IMG/VR virus record: IMGVR_UViG_3300001687_001195
Coordinates: 1 to 64,000 of that record
DNA from: a virus
Taxonomy: Duplodnaviria > Caudoviricetes
Direction: 5' to 3' (one strand)
DNA: 64,000 nt
Shown here: positions 58,459 to 64,000 of the stretch, in pieces
How the letters are laid out: every line of letters begins with the position of its first letter
Position numbering within the stretch: position 1 is the stretch's first letter
Translations under genes and position numbers: made by a program
The notes under the pieces: generated by a model
Told to the model about the DNA's origin: nothing
The model's database searches: none
The model's input: only the letters and a program-made list of their open reading frames with translations

Positions 58459-58870
58459 ACACATTCTCGAAAAGGTATCGATAGATTTGGCTTTCCAATC
58501 GGCTATCAAGGCACTTGTCAGAAAAGCCAATCGAGCAGTACCCGGTAAACTTCGTTTTGAAACAGAACCGTGTTTGGCTACGGAACGTTCAGCAACGTTG
58601 ATCTGGGATTTCAAAGACAAGAAGCCAGGACAAGTTGTCGGAATGTATAAAGCTCAAGTAAAAATTCGGATTCCTCCTATGCCAGTTGGGCGAGTGAGCA
58701 ATCCCGAGGCGGAGGCATCCCTAGTATTCATCAATGCGCTTCGAGCGATCTGGAACGAGATGATTCAAACGATCGGGGGACTGGCTTCCGGAAAGATCAA
58801 AGAAGATGGAACGAAAGTACCGGATTCTAAAGATCAACCCGCATCAGGCCGGATTATTGTGCCGCGCTAA
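58448..58870 (+). CDS. Hypothetical protein
   Basis: Overlapping ORF in the gene string. Confidence 0.55.
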   Translation: MDNEHILEKVSIDLAFQSAIKALVRKANRAVPGKLRFETEPCLATERSATLIWDFKDKKPGQVVGMYKAQVKIRIPPMPVGRVSNPEAEASLVFINALRAIWNEMIQTIGGLASGKIKEDGTKVPDSKDQPASGRIIVPR

Positions 58871-58954
58871 TGAGGCGCATGCCGCGGTGCGACGAATCAC
58901 TTCCGCTAAGGTGATTCGATATTCGGTATTGGGTAACGGGAGCCAGTCTCTTCT

Positions 58955-59593
58955 ATGCGCGTAATCAATGGTGTGACAGTCTACGAGGGTAGTGAGCGTC
59001 TCAAGGAACGAGTGCTGCGGATCAAAGCATGTTTGACAGTGCCTCAAGTTCTACAGGCTTTTGGGATCTACATGCAGGAAGATTTCGGTGGACGTGTTCA
59101 ATGTCCCTTCCATGGAGATGCAAACCCTTCAGCCAAACTCTTTGATGATGGACAAGTGTTGCATTGCTTTGCTGGTCAATGTGCGTTTCATGGGGATGTG
59201 ATTGATGTCGCTCAGAGGGCTTCAGGACAAAATGTAATCAGTACTGTAGGATTTTTGGAAGCACAATTTGATCTTTGGAAAGAGGCTCTTCCGGAAGTGC
59301 CGACAGGCATCTCGTTACACGGATTTCGGAGCCAGTGTGAAGAAGCGGTATTGCGGTACTACGAAACGATCAGGGACCGGCTATCGGATCGCTGGAAGGG
59401 GCCGTTTCAGGAGAGTTTTGAAGAGGCGTTTTCACAGAGACATGAGCTAAGTGCTTGGAATAAAAGGGGTTTTGCTGAGAACGGCAAGGAAGTTTCCCAA
59501 ATACAGTTGTGGCTAAAGGGCATCAGGGACGATCTCTACAAATGGGAACAAATCCTTAAAAGTGAACAAGTTGCGCCGTCAGGCGAACCATAA
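58955..59593 (+). CDS. CHC2 zinc-finger (DnaG zinc-binding domain) protein without TOPRIM
   Basis: CPFHGDANPSA..LHCFAGQC..HGDVID. Confidence 0.8.
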   Translation: MRVINGVTVYEGSERLKERVLRIKACLTVPQVLQAFGIYMQEDFGGRVQCPFHGDANPSAKLFDDGQVLHCFAGQCAFHGDVIDVAQRASGQNVISTVGFLEAQFDLWKEALPEVPTGISLHGFRSQCEEAVLRYYETIRDRLSDRWKGPFQESFEEAFSQRHELSAWNKRGFAENGKEVSQIQLWLKGIRDDLYKWEQILKSEQVAPSGEP

Positions 59594-59605
59594 GAGGAGA
59601 CTGAA

Positions 59606-60016
59606 ATGATCAGATATGTCTACCTATTTCGCAGCGGCGGCGCCATAGTGAAACACGGTGCGCCTTCCTCTGCGGAAAAACATGCTGTTTCTGCTGGAGA
59701 TCTTTTTGTGGTAAAAATATCTCCAGACAGTTTGGAATACCTAAGTGCTGGCGGGATGTGGGGCGTGGTGCCCGAGGAGAAGCTTCCGGTACCCGTATCA
59801 GAGGCGCCTCCCATGACAGGAGAAAAATCGGATGTCGCACAAGCACCGGCTGAAGAAGCAGCAGAAGCGCCGAGAGAAGCATCGGCTGCAGAAAGCCCAA
59901 GCGAGAGCGCGTCCGAGACCGAAAGTTCGGGGGGTTCTCCGTCAATGGCTGGCGATGAAGGATCTCCCGCCAGCACGCCCTTCAATGCGATCTATGAAAC
60001 CCCGCAAGGGAACTGA
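59606..60016 (+). CDS. Hypothetical protein with an acidic Ala/Ser/Glu-rich tail
   Basis: SD AGAGGAG; low-complexity C-terminal half. Confidence 0.6.
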   Translation: MIRYVYLFRSGGAIVKHGAPSSAEKHAVSAGDLFVVKISPDSLEYLSAGGMWGVVPEEKLPVPVSEAPPMTGEKSDVAQAPAEEAAEAPREASAAESPSESASETESSGGSPSMAGDEGSPASTPFNAIYETPQGN

Positions 60017-60041
60017 TGGCCCGGAGAACGTTGACTTGGAA

Positions 60042-60133
60042 GAGTAGTTGCGCATTACTTCGACGGAAGCAATGCGGGTGTTGCGTCAGCGCATGTGCTG
60101 AGGAGCCTGGTGGGGTTAACAGGCCAACTACTC
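60042..60133. ncRNA. Candidate structured intergenic element (four-way junction)
   Basis: Perfect 9-bp closing stem plus three internal hairpins; family not recognised. Confidence 0.4.
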
Positions 60134-60148
60134 GGTTAGGGTGCTTGA

Positions 60149-60397
60149 ATGTCAAAGCTTGGCACAATATCTGAATTGAAATTTAGTGCTAGTCCTGGAC
60201 GATGGAGAGCAGTTGGACGTAAAGTTTACACAGTTATTGATCATTCGAGTAAACTTGTAGCCGTATTTCAAACACCGCAGGATGCGGACTATGTAGCTTC
60301 TTTGGTAAATGCGTGGCCAAAGTTTGAAGAAGCATTTGGTAAGATACAAACAATCGAGGAATGTCTGGCAGCAATAACTGCATTGCTGCAAGAGTGA
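60149..60397 (+). CDS. Small phage hypothetical protein
   Basis: SPGRWRAV...DADYVASLVNAWP, a pattern common in small phage early proteins. Confidence 0.6.
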   Translation: MSKLGTISELKFSASPGRWRAVGRKVYTVIDHSSKLVAVFQTPQDADYVASLVNAWPKFEEAFGKIQTIEECLAAITALLQE

Positions 60398-60443
60398 TGG
60401 GCTTATGGGGAGTAGACCTTTTTCCAAAGTTGGAGTGGTGATT

Positions 60444-60884
60444 ATGTTGAAGTCGGAACTTGATGCTCTGATTGAGGCGATCGAGCAGGAAAAGCGTGAG
60501 AAGATCCAGGAAGTGAGCGCTTCGTACGACGCACGAATCCGTTCACTTCGAGAGACGGCGAAGATCTACGACGAGTACGAGTTCGTCGATGGGGATTCGC
60601 AAGACGAAGCGCCTACTCGCAAGCGCAGAAAGCGTGGATCAATTCCGAAAGTGGCTGAAGCCATTGCGGAAGCCCTTGGCAAGAAGATCAACGGTACTTT
60701 CACATGGGAGACCGTGAGAGAAAAGCTGCCGAAGTTCGACGACAATTCCGTGAAGGCTGCTTTGCGGAAACTGGTTGTCGATGGCGCTATCAAGGTCAAG
60801 GTGCCCGGCCGGGGCCGGAAGATGGCGGTGTACGCCTTGCTGCCGAAGAAGGCTCCGAAGAAGCCTGCTAAGAAGGCATCTTGA
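60444..60884 (+). CDS. Putative DNA-binding protein (coiled coil + winged helix + Lys-rich tail)
   Basis: Helical N-terminus, TRKRRKRG linker, SVKAALRKLVVDGAIKV..GRG, KKAPKKPAKK. Confidence 0.55.
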   Translation: MLKSELDALIEAIEQEKREKIQEVSASYDARIRSLRETAKIYDEYEFVDGDSQDEAPTRKRRKRGSIPKVAEAIAEALGKKINGTFTWETVREKLPKFDDNSVKAALRKLVVDGAIKVKVPGRGRKMAVYALLPKKAPKKPAKKAS

Positions 60885-60886
60885 TC

Positions 60887-61546
60887 ATGGCAGAGAAGCA
60901 CGTCTTTATTTCGGATGCGGCGTTACGCGCGGTAGCAGAGAACTACTACATGAAGTTGGCTCTTCAGGGAGCCGGTTGGGATAAGCCTGACTACATTGAG
61001 TTCTTTATGGAGTTTGCACGATCTGTTATCCGTGAAAACGATTATGACTTCCAAAAGCATGTCAAGGATGCGCTAAAATCTGCTGAAGGCGTGCCAGCCA
61101 ATTCTGTTTTACCTACAGAGACCGGAGAGCAAGGGGAGCGTGTAGTCAGGATTCCTTTTAAGAAGCTGGTTCAATTGATTCGTTCTCGTCCGGAAGATGG
61201 AGTTAAGTCCAGCATTCCGGCAGATGTTAAGGTGGTAAAGGGAGTATGCGTTCCCCAACTGCAAGAGTTTGTGCTGGTTCTACACAGTCAAGAGGAATGG
61301 AGCGGGGTAGCGAAAACCAAGTTTGTTCCGGAAGACTTCACGGTTTTGATAGTCGAACCGGACCATGCTTTGAATGCGACAGACGCCCTGTACGTGTTTG
61401 TCCGTTTTCTATATCGGCAGTTTGCGGGGCAAGGGCTGGACGCTACGCTGCAAGCGATTTCTCAGTGGATTGAAGTTTTCCGTAAGAAAGCAAGGTGGGC
61501 GCCTGGCGACCCAAAACGAATCGAGCGGTATGATCGGATTGACTGA
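60887..61546 (+). CDS. Hypothetical protein
   Basis: Long coupled ORF. Confidence 0.55.
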   Translation: MAEKHVFISDAALRAVAENYYMKLALQGAGWDKPDYIEFFMEFARSVIRENDYDFQKHVKDALKSAEGVPANSVLPTETGEQGERVVRIPFKKLVQLIRSRPEDGVKSSIPADVKVVKGVCVPQLQEFVLVLHSQEEWSGVAKTKFVPEDFTVLIVEPDHALNATDALYVFVRFLYRQFAGQGLDATLQAISQWIEVFRKKARWAPGDPKRIERYDRID

Positions 61547-61830
61547 TGCCGAAAGTGAACTTGCGGCGCGTGGCTCAGAAGATCATGATTGCTGGACCAA
61601 CGCGCGTTGTGATTGATCAAGAAGGAACTGGAGTTACTTGTCAACGCGCTAAGAAGCTTGGGGTCAAACCGCAAATCATTTTTATTCGAGACGATGGTTG
61701 GTCAATCGGGTGTCGTCGAGAACATGAAGACGTTACAGAATCGCTTTGGACAGAACGATGGATTGGAGTGATCATCGCCCCTTCATCAGAAGCACAACCA
61801 TACATTCCGAAAGACAAGAAAGATGGATGA
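61546..61830 (+). CDS. Hypothetical protein
   Basis: TGATG-coupled. Confidence 0.55.
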   Translation: MPKVNLRRVAQKIMIAGPTRVVIDQEGTGVTCQRAKKLGVKPQIIFIRDDGWSIGCRREHEDVTESLWTERWIGVIIAPSSEAQPYIPKDKKDG

Positions 61831-62050
61831 AGGCAGTTCGGGATCTGGTAGTGGACCGAACGTAAACATGAATGCTTACAAGGTGGCTATGGAGCAAATG
61901 TTTGCTGCTTTGAACAACGAAGTGCCCACAGGCTTGTTTGGGTTTTATGCGCGGTGTAGAAGTGAAGGCTTCGATGAAGATAGTGCGATGAATCTAACAG
62001 AGCAAGTGCTTGAGAAATTGCTCTTGGTACTATTTCCGAATGCAACGTGA
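61823..62050 (+). CDS. Hypothetical protein
   Basis: Overlap-coupled small ORF. Confidence 0.55.
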   Translation: MDEGSSGSGSGPNVNMNAYKVAMEQMFAALNNEVPTGLFGFYARCRSEGFDEDSAMNLTEQVLEKLLLVLFPNAT

Positions 62051-62131
62051 GGGGACACGCACGCCTATTCCTTTCTAATTAACAAACCAAGCCAATACCT
62101 GTTAACAGTGCTGTCCCCTCACCTTTTTTAT
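62047..62131 (+). terminator. Large-loop stem followed by a T-tract (terminator or sRNA-like)
   Basis: GTGAGGGGACA-C-GCAC pairs with GTGC-TGTCCCCTCAC, 45-nt loop, then CTTTTTTATTT. Confidence 0.45.
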
Positions 62132-62154
62132 TTGTACCTCTGAGGAGGCCAACG

Positions 62155-62424
62155 ATGAATCCAGAGACAAATCGGTTTGAGCCATTACACGAAGAGTTTG
62201 ACGAAAGATTCGGCAAGCTGGCAAAAGAAGCAGCATTGTTGCGCCCGGATGGCACTCCGGTACCAAAGCACTGGTCTATTTTCACAGTAGGCGAAGAGGT
62301 AGTGATCAAAGACTATACATTCAAAGTTGCATACGTTGGAGAAACGTCAATCTTATTTGAGCCTGTCGGGCTTCCGGTAATCGGAACAATGGAGACGGGG
62401 TGTGTGGGTAAACTGAAAGGGTAG
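62155..62424 (+). CDS. Hypothetical protein
   Basis: Strong SD GAGGAGG. Confidence 0.65.
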   Translation: MNPETNRFEPLHEEFDERFGKLAKEAALLRPDGTPVPKHWSIFTVGEEVVIKDYTFKVAYVGETSILFEPVGLPVIGTMETGCVGKLKG

Positions 62425-62428
62425 TTTC

Positions 62429-63004
62429 ATGGTGCTGCGAGGTTTCTTGGTTGTTCTGCTTCTGTTCAGCATGATCTTGATGTCGGGAAGCGCTACTCCA
62501 GTTTCGGATGCAATGCTTCTCAATGCTTACGCTTCCATCTACATGCCTTGGGGCATTGGCATTGTCCCCCAACCCTGTGTACCTGGAGTTCCGGCAAAGA
62601 TCATTGGTTTTTCCAACAACGGACCTTCCCTGTTGGACATACCAAATTTCATGACGAGTTCAATAACTGTCGATCCTGGGGGAGACCCGAATATTCCTTG
62701 TGATTACAATATTCAGGCGACGGTTTCTTGGCGTTCAGCGCACAATGGATGGCCTCAAAGCTCAGAGGGAGAATGGGCTGTCTACGTGAATGGGGTACAA
62801 AGACCAGGTTTGGTTGTGATTTCAAACGCTATCCCATCCAATAGTACGGATCTGTGGGTATGTAGTATCACAGGTTTGTGTACTCTATATCCGATGGATG
62901 TAGTTGAACTTTATTTCACACAAAGATTTCCTATAACCCCTGTAACAAATTGGACAGTTGAGTACGGAGCGGTTCATTTGTCCATACTTCGTTTGATGCC
63001 GTGA
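62429..63004 (+). CDS. Secreted beta-sandwich protein (C1q/BclA-C-like), paralogue A
   Basis: Signal peptide; YASIY, DYNIQATVS, AVYVNG, DVVEL, HLSILRL. Confidence 0.5.
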   Translation: MVLRGFLVVLLLFSMILMSGSATPVSDAMLLNAYASIYMPWGIGIVPQPCVPGVPAKIIGFSNNGPSLLDIPNFMTSSITVDPGGDPNIPCDYNIQATVSWRSAHNGWPQSSEGEWAVYVNGVQRPGLVVISNAIPSNSTDLWVCSITGLCTLYPMDVVELYFTQRFPITPVTNWTVEYGAVHLSILRLMP

Positions 63005-63014
63005 GGAGGTTGTT

Positions 63015-63629
63015 ATGCAAGCTCTAAAGCGGATCACTATTAGTATTTTACTGGTTTGCTCTGTTCTCATTGGTATCGGAATGTTGCATTCGGTTGCGAC
63101 CGATTCCTCTTTGGCATTGGGCGGTTTTGCCTCTATATATCGTCCAAGTACAGCGGGATCATTTTCGATTGGTCCTACTCCCTTGGGCGTGCCTGTACAA
63201 GTAACAGGGTTTACTGCGAATGGACCTTCTCTATCCGATATTCCGAATTTTGCCACAAGCTCCATTCAAGTTTGCCCTGGACCCGTTGGCGGAGAAGTAT
63301 ACGATTACAATGTGCAATGCACGATTTCATATGACATCTGTACACCTTTAATGATCCCTCCTACTTGTTGGAACGGTGGGGTGCAGTTTGTCATATATGT
63401 AAATGGTGTCGCTGTTCCGTCTTTGTGGCATTCGGATTATGTATGTCCATTGATTTTGGGTCTCTTCAACAATGCGGATGAAGTGACTCTTACGGGGTTG
63501 GTCAGTTTAACGGAAAGCGACATCGTGACAGTGTGGGCGATATGGGTTGGTCCTCCATGGGGTTGGATGGGGGTACCTGAAATACGCATACACAATGCGC
63601 ATCTGTCGATTCTTCGTCTAAATCCTTAA
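63015..63629 (+). CDS. Secreted beta-sandwich protein (C1q/BclA-C-like), paralogue B
   Basis: Signal peptide; FASIY, NGPSLSDIPNF, DYNVQCTIS, VIYVNG, GLVSLTESDIV, HLSILRL. Confidence 0.5.
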   Translation: MQALKRITISILLVCSVLIGIGMLHSVATDSSLALGGFASIYRPSTAGSFSIGPTPLGVPVQVTGFTANGPSLSDIPNFATSSIQVCPGPVGGEVYDYNVQCTISYDICTPLMIPPTCWNGGVQFVIYVNGVAVPSLWHSDYVCPLILGLFNNADEVTLTGLVSLTESDIVTVWAIWVGPPWGWMGVPEIRIHNAHLSILRLNP

Positions 63630-63645
63630 CCGAGAAGGAACGATC

Positions 63646-64000
63646 ATGGGCGGAACCGTGTACGGCATTCTCGTGGATGGTCCTGAAGTCTGTAAGAACA
63701 GGATAATTTCATGGCCGATTGAGGAAGATGTTCGTCGCATTGAAGCGCATGTTCACGGAACAGTCCATGCGTATCATCGGGCGAAGAATCGATTCCATCA
63801 AGGCGCCAACGCATACATGTTTTACTTGTATACGGATGCCAACAGGAATCGTCTTCAGTTTGAGATGCGTACTGGGGATGATGCGCAACGAGACATCAAA
63901 CTGGATTTAGTGAAGATAGCAACGGCTCCGTATTGGAGTGAAAAAGCGAACAAGATCATGCGCGTAAGTACACCGGATGAACTGCGTTCTCGAATGCGCT
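63646..64000 (+). CDS. Hypothetical protein, truncated by the window end
   Basis: SD GAAGGA; frame MGGTVYGILVDGPE... is open to the end of the window. Confidence 0.55.
   Translation, partial: MGGTVYGILVDGPEVCKNRIISWPIEEDVRRIEAHVHGTVHAYHRAKNRFHQGANAYMFYLYTDANRNRLQFEMRTGDDAQRDIKLDLVKIATAPYWSEKANKIMRVSTPDELRSRMR

Noticed and set aside
60042-60133. tRNA or hammerhead ribozyme
   Set aside because: No T-loop GTTCRA, D-loop or CCA end; CTGAGGA is present but the required GAAA and stem III are absent
1-64000. Alternative genetic code or stop-codon recoding
   Set aside because: Long genes end in TAA, TAG and TGA with clean overlaps and high coding density in the standard code
1-64000. GATC appears frequent
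   Set aside because: Not quantified and may simply reflect GAT/ATC codon use; needs a codon-aware k-mer test
1-64000. Prophage or integration evidence
   Set aside because: No integrase, repressor, att site or host genes in the window; lifestyle and host cannot be determined

Overview
A 64-kb fragment of a large, apparently uncultured tailed dsDNA phage (Caudoviricetes; siphovirus-type tail, no sheath gene seen). Every credible gene lies on the + strand, tightly packed with ATGA/TAATG overlaps, in the standard code. Modules in order: (1) 1-13.8 kb, replication/recombination: delta-like clamp-loader subunit, family A DNA polymerase with a C-terminal uracil-DNA-glycosylase domain, SSB, RuvC-like resolvase, RecA, a split SbcC/Rad50 plus SbcD/Mre11, a Cas4/AddB-like nuclease, beta clamp and DnaX. 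(2) 13.8-21 kb, packaging and head: sigma70-like promoter, putative TerS, split TerL, portal-MuF-ChaB fusion, XkdF protease, scaffold and HK97-type major capsid. (3) 21-49 kb, neck/tail: a glycosyltransferase directly after the capsid gene, three tail-tube paralogues, a -1 frameshifted chaperone, a 1877-aa tape measure protein, two Dit-like proteins, a hub, and lectin/CBM fibres. (4) 49.9-58.2 kb, a glycan synthesis and decoration cluster (4 glycosyltransferases, 4 methyltransferase domains, a sulfotransferase, RmlC-like and RmlD-like enzymes). (5) 58-64 kb, small accessory genes, structured intergenic elements and two secreted C1q/BclA-like paralogues. The best candidate for an undescribed system is a phage-encoded pathway making a methylated, sulfated, deoxysugar-containing glycan, possibly for virion glycosylation. 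All family calls come from motif recognition by eye with no database search; start codons are inferred from RBS/overlap context.
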